Assembly: GCF_004010195.1 (NCBI RefSeq)
Contig: NC_057717.1
Coordinates: forward strand, 107,526,762 to 107,546,761
DNA: 20,000 nt
Origin: Chiloscyllium plagiosum
Taxonomy: Eukaryota
Direction of reading: 5' to 3'
Each line of letters starts with the position of its first letter. Position 1 is the first letter of the stretch. The notes below the pieces were generated by a model. That model had not been told where the DNA came from. It worked only from the letters and a program-made list of their open reading frames with translations, and ran no database searches. This document shows positions 10,420 to 20,000 of this stretch, in pieces. Both the position numbers and the translations under genes were made by a program.

Positions 10420-13400
10420 TTAATTGATCGCACACATTCAAGTGAATAAATATGATCCGGCAACCATTTCAGAAACATGGCTAAAGTATGACAAAAATTG
10501 TAATCAGAATAATGAGAGATGTTCGATTTGCAAGGAAATTAGTAAGTTAGGTAAAGGTGGAGAAGTTACAGTGTTAATCAAGGAAGACATTTGTGTAACA
10601 GTTAAAGGTGATCTCAGTTTAGGAGATCAGGATTAGAATGGGGTTGGATGGAGAGGGGAAATAGTATGGGGAAGATGTCACCAATGGGAATGGTCTACAT
10701 GCCCTCTTAGAGTAACCACAACGTGGGATAAGATATACAAGAAGAAATTCTGGTGTTTGTGATAAAGGGAAGGCGATAATCAAGGATGACTTTAATCTAA
10801 ACAGGAAACATCAGATTAGCATTGGTACCCCGGATGAGGAATTCATGGAAAGGTTTTTAAATAGTTTCTTAGAGCAGCATTTTCTGGAGGCAACCAGAGA
10901 GCAGGTTAAATTATTGTGTGATGCAACAGTATTAATTATTAACCTCAGAGTAAAGCTACCTGTAACTATCAATAACTGTACTACTACTGAATTTTACTTT
11001 CAGTTTGAAAGGGAGAAAATTAGGTCTATGACCTAGTATTTTAAACCTAAATAAGGGCAACTACATAGACATGGAAACTGAGCAAGCTGAAGCAAACTGG
11101 CATACTAGGCTAGAGGATAGATGAATGGGATACAGTGGCAAGCATTTAAGGGGATATTTCAGAATATTTAGAATACTTACGTTCCTACTATATTGAACAA
11201 TACTAAAGGGAGGACCAACTATCTGTGATTAACTAAAGAAGTTAAGGAAAGCATCAAACCTGAGGAAAAATGTATAAGGGTGAAGGAACCTTCGATGACA
11301 AGAGATGTGGAGTGTCGAGTCAAGAGGAAGAAGGAAGCTTTCTTAAGGTTAAAGAAGCAAGGATCAGACAGCGCTCTAAAGGGTTATAAGGTAGCCAGAA
11401 AGGAACTGAAGGATGGACTTAGGATAGCTAGATGGGGACATGAAAAATCTTTAGCATGTAGGATTAAGGAAAATCCCAAGCCGTTCTACACTTAGGTGAA
11501 GAACAAGAGGATGGCCAGTGTGAAGGTAGGGCTGATCAGGGGTAGTGAAAGTAACTTGTGCTTAGAGTCGGAGAAGCTAGGGGAGGTCCTTAATGAATAC
11601 TTTGCTTCAGTATTCACTAGTGAGAGGGACATTGTTGTTTGTGAGGACAGCATGAAACAGGCTGATATGCCTAAACAGGTTAATGTTAAGAATGAGGATG
11701 TGCTGGAAATCTTGAAAAACATGAACCAGACAGGATGTACCCAAGGTTACTACAGGAAGCAAGAGAAGAGATTGCTGTGCCTTCGTCGATGATCTTTGCG
11801 TTCTCAATGTTCACTGGAGTAGTACCAGATGATTGGAGTTAGCAAATGTTAATCTTTTGTTCAAGAAAGGGAATTGGGATAACCCCAGGAATTACAAACC
11901 AGTCAGTCTTAAGTCACTGGTGGGCAAGTTATTGGAGAGGATTCTGAGGGACAGTATTTATGATTACTTGAAAAAGCATTGTCTGATTAAAGATAGTCAG
12001 CATGGTTTTGTGAGTGGCAGGTTGTGCCTCACAAGCCTTATTGAATTCTTGGAGCATGTGACAAAACACATTGATGAAGGTAGAGCAATGCATGTTGTGT
12101 GTATGGATTTTAGCAAGCATTTGATCAGGTTCCCCATGGTAGGCTCATTCAGAAAGTAAGGGATGCATGGGATACAGGGAAATTTGGCTGTTGATTCTGG
12201 CTTATAGAATACAGTGAGTGGCAGTAGATGGAAAGTATTCAGCCCAGAGCTTGATGTCCAATGGTGTTCCACAAGGGTCTGTTCTGAGACATCTGCTGTT
12301 TGTGACTTTTATAAATGACTTAGATGAGGAAGTGGAAGGGTGGGTTAGTAAGCTTGCAAATGACACGAAGATTGGTGGAGTTGTGGATAGTGTGGAGGGC
12401 TGTTGTCGGTTGCAACAGGACACTGACAGGATGCAGAGCTGGGCTGAGAAGTGGCAGATCGAGTTCAACCTGAAAAAGTGTGAAGTGATTCATTTTGGAA
12501 GGTCAAATTTGAATGCAGATTACAGGGTTAAAGGCAGGATTCTTGGCAGTGTGAAGAACAGGTTCTTAGGGTCCACGCCCATAAGATCCCTCAAAGTTGC
12601 CACCCAAGTTGTTAGAGTTAAGAAAGCATACGGTGTGTTGGCTTTCAGTAGGAGGGGGATTGAGTTTAAGAGCTGCAGGCTATGCTGCAGCTCTATAAAA
12701 CCCTGGCTAGACCACACTTGGAATATTGTGTTCAGTTCTGGTTATTTCATTATAGGAAGAATGTGGAAGCTTTAGAGAAGGTGCAGAGAAGATTTACTAA
12801 GATGCTGCCTGGACTGGAGGGAATGTCTTATGAAGAAAAGTTGAGGGAGCTAGGGCTTTTCTTATTGGAGTGAAGAAGGATGAGAGGTGACTTGATAGAG
12901 GTGTACACGATAATGAGAGGCATAGATAGAGTGGATAGCTAGAGACTTTTTCCCTGGGCGGAAATGGCTCTCACAGTGGGGGGCATGATTTTGAAGTGAT
13001 TGAAGGGAGGTTTAGGGGAGATGTCAGAGGTAAGTTCTTTACAAAGAGAGTGATTGCATTGTGAAATGCATTGCCAGCATTGATAGTAGAGTCAGATACA
13101 TTTGGGACATTTAAGGAACTCTGGGATAGGCACATGGATGATAGTAAAATGTATGGGATGTAGGTTAGTTTGATATTAGAGAAGGATAAAAGGTCAGCAC
13201 AACATCGAGGGCCGAAGGGCCTGTATGTGCTGTACCGTTCTATCTTCTATGTGCAAAGATGAATGGTTAGAATATATCCAATGGCTGAGAATGACTGAAA
13301 ATTTAATGATGAGAGGAATCTAGCTAGGAATGTCAAAGCAGATAGGAAGAATTTCCACATATATTTTAAAAAGGAAAGTGTCAGTAAAGTAAATGTTGGT

Positions 13401-14345
13401 CCTCTGCAGAGTGAGAATGGGGAGATAATAGCAAATAACAAGGAAGTGGTGGGTGATATGAACAAATATTTTGTTTCTGTCTTCAGTAGAGGTTTCAAAA
13501 ACATTACAATAATAATTTCAAATCAGGAGATGGAAAGGGGAGAGAAACTTAGCAAAAGTACAATTACAAGAGGAGCAGTATAATGCAAATTGATGGAGTT
13601 GAAGGCTAATAAGCCTCTGGGTCCAGAGGAACTTCATCCTATGGTCTTAAAAGTGATAACTAGTGAGGATGTAAATGCATAGGTGTTAATTTTTCTGAAA
13701 TTCCCTAGAAAGTTTCCTTCAGGCTGGAAATAAACATACATAACCTCTCTATTCAAGAATGGAGCAATACAGAAAACTGGAAATATTGTAGGCCAGTTAG
13801 CTTGATCTCTGTCATGGAAGTTGTTAAAATCGATCCATAAAGAGATTATGGCTCTACGCTTAGAAAATCTTGAGGTAATCAGGAAGAATTTGTGTGGTTT
13901 GTCAAAGGGAAATCCTGTAGAATGATTTTATTGGAGTTCTTTGAAGGAATAAAATGCACTGTGAATAAAGGGGAGCCTGTGGACATACTATAGCTGGATT
14001 TCCAGAAGGCTTTTGCTAAAGTGCAATATTAAAACCTTTTGGGTAAAATACAAGCTGATAGTGTTGCAGTAATATTGTTACATGGATGGCTGGCAAAAAA
14101 CAGAGTATACATAGATTGATCTCTCTAATTGGTAGAATGTAACAAGTGGAGTCCTGCTGCTATCCTTGCTGGGGCCTCAACATCAGGACAACATTGATTA
14201 CTTAAGTGAAGGGAGCAAAGGCATGGTAGCTATATTCACAGACAACACCAACATAGATTGAAAAGTATGTTGTGAAGAAGTCAAAAAGAAGTTACAGGGG
14301 ACTATAGATAAAATGAGTCAGTGGACAAAAATCTGGCAGACTGAG
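10420..14345 (+). mobile_element. Old, heavily decayed CR1 LINE (endonuclease to RT), split by a younger CR1 at about 11276-13250
   Basis: APE motifs ISETWLK and GKGGEVTVLIK, plus DFNL at about 10790. It resumes at about 13250 with NKYFVSVFS, a GPEELHPMVLK-like motif, LDFQKAFAKV and SQWTKIWQ. Confidence 0.8.
11276..13250 (+). mobile_element. Younger 5'-truncated CR1 LINE nested in the older CR1
   Basis: [77 protein letters not shown], and 3' tail gggccgaagggcctgt...ttctatcttctat. Multiple frameshifts. Confidence 0.93.
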
Positions 14346-15245
14346 TCTTATGTTTTGGTCTCTCTGACCAATATTGTCATGGCCAGATACATCTGCAGCA
14401 GGTGGATTGGTGAGGATCAGGTCAAAGATGTTTTTGCCTCTGTTGGTTCCTTCACATCCAGCCACAGACCCAGTCTAGCAGCTAAGTCCTTTAGACTCAA
14501 TTAGCTTGGTCATGGGTACTGCTGCTGAGTCACTTGTGATGCTGGACATGGAAATCCACCGGGCAGAATACATTCTACACTTTTACCACTCTCAGTGCTT
14601 CCTCCAACTGATGGTGACCACGGAGGAGTACTGATTCATCAGCCAAAGGAGAATATTATGTAGTAATCAGCAGGAATTTCCCTTGAATATGTTTGACCCA
14701 AAGGTATTATATTTCATGGGGCCCAATGTTAAGGACTGCCAAAGCAATTTCCTTCTGAATGTATCCCACTGTGCCACCACCTCTGCTGGGTCAGCCCTGC
14801 CTGCAGGAAAGGACCCCTCCCAATTTTGGTACTCATCCCCAGATGTTGTAAGGAGGACTTTTTTCGCTGGCAGGGCTGAGTTTCCTATTGTCGTTTCCAA
14901 TGCTTCGGTTGACACCAGGTGGTCATTCTGACTTCATCCCTTTTCTGAAACTTCTTAGTGGTTGATAAACTACTGATGGATTCTTAGGTCATTTCAGATA
15001 GCAGTTAAGTGTCAACCACATTGCTGTAGGTCAGGAGTCAAATGTAGACTAGACCAGGTAAGGACTTGTCCTTCCCAAAAGGGGCATCAGTGGACCAGAT
15101 GGATTTCTATGGCGGTGGGTTCCCAGTCATCATTAGACTTTTAATTCCAAGAATTTATTGAATTGTTGTGGTGGGATTCAAACCAAAGCATTATTTGCAT
15201 TGCTGGACTAATAGTCCAGTGGCAATAGCACAACATCACTACTTA
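14346..15245 (-). mobile_element. 5' part of a LINE: tRNA/SINE-like head followed by a decayed APE endonuclease domain
   Basis: The minus strand gives decayed VKHIQGKFLLITT..SPLADESVLL, DFHVQH (GDFN-like), KDLAARLGL..VKEPT and a terminal SDH-like motif near 14355. The head at about 14990-15245 matches the SINE at 9590-9755. Confidence 0.7.
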
Positions 15246-16112
15246 CTTCTTAGAAACACGTGAGGGAAATCCCCAGCTTCGACTGTTGTTACTGGTGATG
15301 ACATACCTGACCATTTGCAAATTGACATTTACATCTGTGATGGGCATAAAACTGACAAGAACAATCCACGTCTTTTGAATCTCCCTTGTCACTTCTATAT
15401 TCAGTTAACAATATGTGATCGTCCTTAGACTGTTGTTCACTGATACTTTCTCTTAGTATACAGTACTCCCTAGCAACCTGTAAATCAGTCTTAAGAATTA
15501 ATTTTCTTGCTCATTTTTAGTTTTTGTTTAACCTCCTATTTCTTAGCCATAGCTGTGTTTGCATTGGCACACATGTAAAATTGCTGATGCCACAGGAATG
15601 CTGTTACATTAGCATCTGTTTACCTTGGATCCATAGTTTTAAATCAGTCGCTTCTTTTAAACAGGGCTTTTTCTCCTTTTCCTAACAGCTGTTCTAATTG
15701 TGGGATCATTTGATCCTTATTTTGATTCTTATTATTTCTTATACCATAATCCTGAGTAGGACAGAAATAAGTGCTAAATGTCAAGAGATGTCTCCCTTCC
15801 GCTGATTTCCATATTTTACTTTTGATTTTTCCTTCAGTAAAAGTAATATCACAGTGAAACCAGTTACTACTTTCATTCAACATTGAGACTGCAACATGCT
15901 AATTTTCCATTGGGATGCAAGCAAACTTTTTTTGTATTGTGAAATGTGTTTTGCTTTGATGCCTATCTGTCTGATCGTTAGTCTATCTCTTGTGATACAA
16001 TTTTTTAATTATTTTACTTTTTTAATAGTTTACAAATCAAATGTCTGGTCTTTTTATCTTGTTCTGCTAGTTTGTCAGAAATTACAAGGTTGTTTAATAT
16101 ATTGAAGATGTT

Positions 16113-16355
16113 AATTTCATTTAGTTCTTGATTATGGAATTAACCTAAGAAATAACCTTGGAGCCAATTTTCATATAAAGGCTAATATTACACTTTTATG
16201 TCTTCCCTTCACCCTTGATTTCAGTCATGAGTGATGGCTGATGTATGGTCAAGTTGTCGATAAACAAAATATTTTTGCCATTAATGTTAGCAAGACCAAT
16301 CTATGCTGTTCAGACCCTGCTAGAAATTTCATTTAGTTCTTGATTATGGAATTAA
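16113..16355 (+). repeat. ~189-bp copy of 17497-17684 flanked by perfect 31-bp direct repeats
   Basis: aatttcatttagttcttgattatggaattaa at 16113-16143 and 16325-16355. Segment 16143-16331 matches 17497-17684 with about 8 differences. Confidence 0.95.
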
Positions 16356-16480
16356 TTTGAGAATTAATTACTGAAATTAACCTAATCAAAACAAATAAAT
16401 GTTGTTCTCACAAGTATATGTGTGAGCCAAAGTTGAATTCTCAAATTGAAAATTAAAAGAGAATTATTATTTTAAAAAAA

Positions 16481-16547
16481 AGGGTATGATATAAATATAC
16501 ATCAATGTTTTCAGCTTCAAACCTGATGTGTATTTATATCATACCCT
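16481..16547. repeat. Inverted repeat: 24-bp stem with a 19-nt spacer
   Basis: agggtatgatataaatatacatca (16481-16504) pairs with tgatgtgtatttatatcataccct (16524-16547), with one U-G wobble on the + strand RNA. Confidence 0.95.
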
Positions 16548-17381
16548 GTTTTTGACAGATTGATGATCAGGTTGATGTACAGTTTTAGATTCCTCAAAGT
16601 GCTTCATTTACATTAGATCTTTCAAATTTTGCCTTTGCAAGCAACTAACTTCAAAAAATGTTGCTCAAAACTTTAATTTATCAAGACGTCATCTCAAACC
16701 ATGTTTATACAATTTCATAGCTGGTCAGTTTAATTTCTGCTTTCTTTAAATTGGAGTTTCACTGCCAGGGAATATTATCCATTCAAACAGATATTGATAC
16801 ATTGTGCTTCTTGCTATCAACCTTGTCTACTGGTTGGTTTCATCATTGAGATGGTCAAAGCTAGAATGAAGTTGAGCTATGCACATTTTATCTGACTTCC
16901 TGCTGTTCCTAATAAACGGAATCTTAACTGGCAAATTAGGACTTTTAACTGCAAGCTTCAAAATTACAGCTTTTAAGACCTTAATAAAACTAGTTGAATA
17001 CTTTGAATATTTCTTCAATTAAAACCTAATTGTGATATATTATTTGGTCAGTCATGTATTTCTGGCTATTTGCTAATTCTGGAACAAAATTTATTATATG
17101 TGAGTAATTAAAAAACAGATAAATCAAGATGGTTTCAAATTTGCAATGATTGTATAAGATGGTGTCTTGCTGGCTAATGACAATGAATATAATATGAAAT
17201 TAATCTATAGGTGTTCTAGTTACCCATAAAAAGAACTATCTAGGCTTGCTTACAGTCAGTGCTGCTGATCCATTAATTTTCTAAGTGTAAAGTATACCTT
17301 CTATATTTGTGAAGTCTTTTTTTTTTAACAAATTTACACACCAGCATGTTCACTCAAAATCATATTTCTGTTATATTTCAG

Positions 17382-17410
17382 AAGTGGCAAAAAATGACAA
17401 CATAAATGAG
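17382..17410 (+). CDS. Small candidate exon (29 nt) of the same gene; reads TSGKK* if joined to the TM exon
   Basis: Acceptor tttctgttatatttcag| and strong donor GAG|gtgagt at 17411, in non-repeat sequence. The phase-2 reading is (T)SGKK-stop; the phase-1 reading xVAKNDNINE is open. Confidence 0.55.
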
Positions 17411-17496
17411 GTGAGTGATCTACGTTAGAGATATTTAAAAACTGTGACTCTAGGCATTGATTCCAGGTGGGCCTGTAATTTTCAATATTAAGCTGT

Positions 17497-17684
17497 ACCT
17501 AAGAAATAACCTTGGAGCCAATTTTCATATAAAGGCTAATTTACACTTTTATGTCTTCCCTTCACCCTTGATTTCAATCGTGAGTGATGGCTGATGTATG
17601 GTCAAGTTGTGGATAAACAAAATATTTTTGCCATTAACATTAGCAAGACCAATCTATGCTGTTCAGCCCCTGCTAGAGATTTCA
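17497..17684 (+). repeat. Second (probable donor) copy of the duplicated 188-bp segment
   Basis: About 96% identical to 16143-16331 by manual comparison, and lacks the 31-bp flanking repeats. Confidence 0.95.
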
Positions 17685-17949
17685 AACATGGGGTTCCATA
17701 CACTTGTGAATTCCATATAATCACAGTTATTTTGGGTGAGTATAATTGAGGATTCAGATAGACAATGCACATAAATGTCACACTTGTCTTGAATTGACTT
17801 TTCCAGTATGATCTGTGTAGACCTCCTTAGCTTCATTCCACATAAATGCCAATTCCTCAAGAACATTACTGCCCTCATCCTGTCCTTCATTAAGTTCCAC
17901 CCAACAAATCACAAAGTGCTTACTAATCTCAATAAACTTCATAACGACA

Positions 17950-18670
17950 ACAACAAGAGCACAATTCCCTAGATATGGTCTTGCTAAGGCGCTGTATAAC
18001 TAAAGGAAAACATCCCTCATTGTGTACTACATTATTTCTGTAATAAACAACAACATTCTATTTGCCTTCCCAGTTATCATTGTACCTTCATTCTAGCCTT
18101 TTGTGATTCATGCACCAGGATCTTCCAGATCTCGCTGTCCTGCAGAGCTTTGCAGTCTTTCTCCATTTAAACAATACTGTGTTTGTGTTCTTCCTGTCAA
18201 AATGATCAAGTTCATATTTTCCTACAGGAGAGTCCATATGTCAAACTTTTACTCACTCAGTTAACCTATCTCTTTGCAGCCATCTTGTATCTTCTTCACA
18301 AATTCCCCGCCTGCTATTAAATGTGGCAACATTGCATTGGATTCTGTCAGGAGGAGAAAGTGAGGACTGCAGATGCAGAAGATCAGTGTCGAGAGTGTGT
18401 TGCTGGAAAAGCACAGCAGATCAGGCAGCATCCAAGGAGCAGGAGCATTGATTTTTCGGGCATAAGCCCTTCATCAGGAATAGAATGATGAAGAGCTTAT
18501 GCCCAAAACGTTAATTCCCTTGCTCCTCACATGCTGCCTGACCTGCTGTGCTTTCCCAGCAACACACTCTCGACATTGGATTCTGTCATCCAAGTTATTA
18601 ATATGGTTTGTAAACAGTTGAAGCATTAGCTGTGGTCCCGATGGTACTTTGTAATTACTGCTTGCCAACC
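17950..18670 (-). mobile_element. Old decayed CR1 RT fragment, interrupted at 18350-18573
   Basis: Reverse-complemented CR1 RT sequence (ggtcttgctaaggcgctgtataac, tttgccttcc, gattcatgcaccaggatc). The minus ORF reads VPSGPQLMLQLFTNHINNLDDRIQC. Confidence 0.75.
18350..18573. mobile_element. Palindromic Penelope-derived non-autonomous element with 15-bp TSD
   Basis: TSD cattggattctgtca at 18335-18349 and 18574-18588. Arms of about 90 bp (gtcgagagtgtgttgctgg...gggcataagcccttcatca and tgatgaagagcttatgccc...ccagcaacacactctcgac) form a hairpin over 18387-18575. Confidence 0.85.
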
Positions 18671-18863
18671 CAAGTTGACAATATATCTCAGCTTCCGCCA
18701 GAGGTCTCTAGTGTCATGATTGCCAGCCTTCAATTCACTTCATTTGATAGCAAGAAACATCTGAAGTCTCTGGGTACCGTGAAGAACAGACATTCTGTCG
18801 ATAATACTGAAGACACATGCTCCAGAAATTGCCATGCCCCCAACCATTCTTTTTCAGTAGAGC

Positions 18864-19083
18864 TAAGACTAAAATTGGGCCCTTGAAGACAGAAACAGGG
18901 GAATATATTACGGGGAACAAAGAAATGGCAGGAGAATTGAATTGGTACTTCAGATCTGTGTTCACTGGGGAAGACACAAGCAATCTCCCTGAAGTAACAG
19001 TGGCTGAAGGACCTGAACTTAAGGGAATTTATATTTGTCAGGAATTGGTGTTGGAGAGACTGTTAGGTCTGAAGCTTGATAAG
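18864..19083 (+). mobile_element. Internal CR1 ORF2 fragment with no tail and no TSD
   Basis: KTKIGPLKTETGEYITGNKEMAGELNWYFRSVFTGED..., about 94% identical to 19841-20000 over the 160 comparable bases. Confidence 0.9.
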
Positions 19084-19120
19084 TACAATACTTGCGTCAG
19101 CCTGACAATGTGGAAAATTG

Positions 19121-19163
19121 GGAGAAAGTGAGGACTGCAGATGCTGGAGAGTCAGAGTTGAAA
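19121..19163 (+). mobile_element. Short end-fragment of the palindromic element family
   Basis: ggagaaagtgaggactgcagatgc is identical to the start of the 18350-18573 element. Confidence 0.75.
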
Positions 19164-19318
19164 CTAAACTGGACGAGTCATATAAGTACAGTGTCTACAA
19201 GAGCAGGTCATAGTCTAGGAATGTCCCAGTGAGTAACTCACCACCTTACTTCCCAAAGCCTGTCAATTTTCTGCAAGACATAGGCCAGGGTGTGATGGAA
19301 TTATCCACACTTGCTTGA

Positions 19319-20000
19319 ATTGGTCAGGGACCTCGAAGTGAAGGAGCCATTGGGAAGTAGTGACCATAATACAATAAGCTTCAATCTGCAATTTGAGAGG
19401 GAGAGGGTACAATCGGAAGTGACAATATTTCTGTTGAATAAAGGGAACTATGGAGCTATGAGGGAGGAGCTGGCCAAAGTTCAATGGTGCAATACCTTAG
19501 CAGGGATGACAGTGGAGGAACAATGGCGGATATTTCTGTGTATAATGCAGAAGTTGCAGGATCACTTCATTTCAAAAAGGAAGAAAGATCCTAGGAGGAG
19601 GCATGGGTGGCCGTGGCTGACGAGGGCAGTTAAGAAACATATAAAGTTAAAAGAGAAAAAGTATAACATAGCAAAGATAAGTGGGAAAACAGAGGACTGG
19701 GAAGCTTGTAAAGAACAACAGAGGATTACTAAGAAGGAAATACGCAGAGAAAAAATGAGATACGAAGGTAAACTGGCCAAAAATATAAAGGAGAATAGTA
19801 AAAGCTTTTTTAGATGATATGTGAAAGGCAAAAAAATGGTTAAGACTAAAATTGGGCCCTTGAAGACAGAAAATGGGGAATATATTATGGGGAACAAAGA
19901 AATGGCAGAAGAGTTAAATTGGTACTTCAGATCTGTGCTCACTGGGGAAGACACAAGCAATCTCCCTGAGGTAACAGTGGCTGAAGGACGTGAACTTAAG
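19319..20000 (+). mobile_element. Relatively young CR1 LINE ORF2 (end of endonuclease onward), running off the window
   Basis: Long open frame EPLGSSDHNTISF...WPWLTRAVKKHIKLKEKKY...AKNIKENSKSFFR*YVK...ELNWYFRSV, with one in-frame stop at 19815. Confidence 0.92.

Larger units (their letters stand above)
18680..19318 (+). mobile_element. Fragmented old LINE ORF2 (probably the family seen at 14346-15245), interrupted by CR1 and palindromic-element fragments
   Basis: QLPPEVSSVMIASLQFTSFDSKKHLKSL..ILKTHAPEIA..FQ*S | YNTCVSLTMWKI, then LNWTSHISTVSTRAG... at 19165-19318. Confidence 0.65.

Noticed and set aside
11276..13250. Functional reverse transcriptase gene or retron-like system
   Set aside because: An ordinary CR1 copy with several frameshifts and stops and a mutated catalytic motif (LAND instead of FADD).
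16559..16617. Possible exon after ttttgacag
   Set aside because: No convincing donor site, a short weak pyrimidine tract and no protein-like signal.

Overview
Vertebrate intronic DNA rich in retroelements. The repeat content (HE1/V-SINE, SacSINE1-like SINE, many CR1 LINEs, palindromic Penelope-derived elements) points to a cartilaginous fish, probably a shark; this is inferred from recalled repeat consensus sequences, not a search. Most ORFs in the supplied track are decayed LINE fragments or their antisense shadows. Between the repeats lie three + strand exon candidates with canonical splice sites (6984-7175, 9332-9422, 17382-17410). They splice in frame into the C-terminal part of a single-pass membrane protein I do not recognise: a His/Glu-rich hexamer-repeat segment, a ~24-aa hydrophobic helix built across a splice junction, and a very Lys-rich tail. 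Other notable structures: a TSD-flanked palindromic element with a hammerhead-ribozyme-like core, a 24-bp-stem pre-miRNA-like hairpin in unique intronic sequence, a templated local duplication flanked by 31-bp direct repeats, a young Tx1-like insertion with a perfect 17-bp TSD, a probable solo LTR, and a LINE whose endonuclease follows a tRNA-like SINE head directly.
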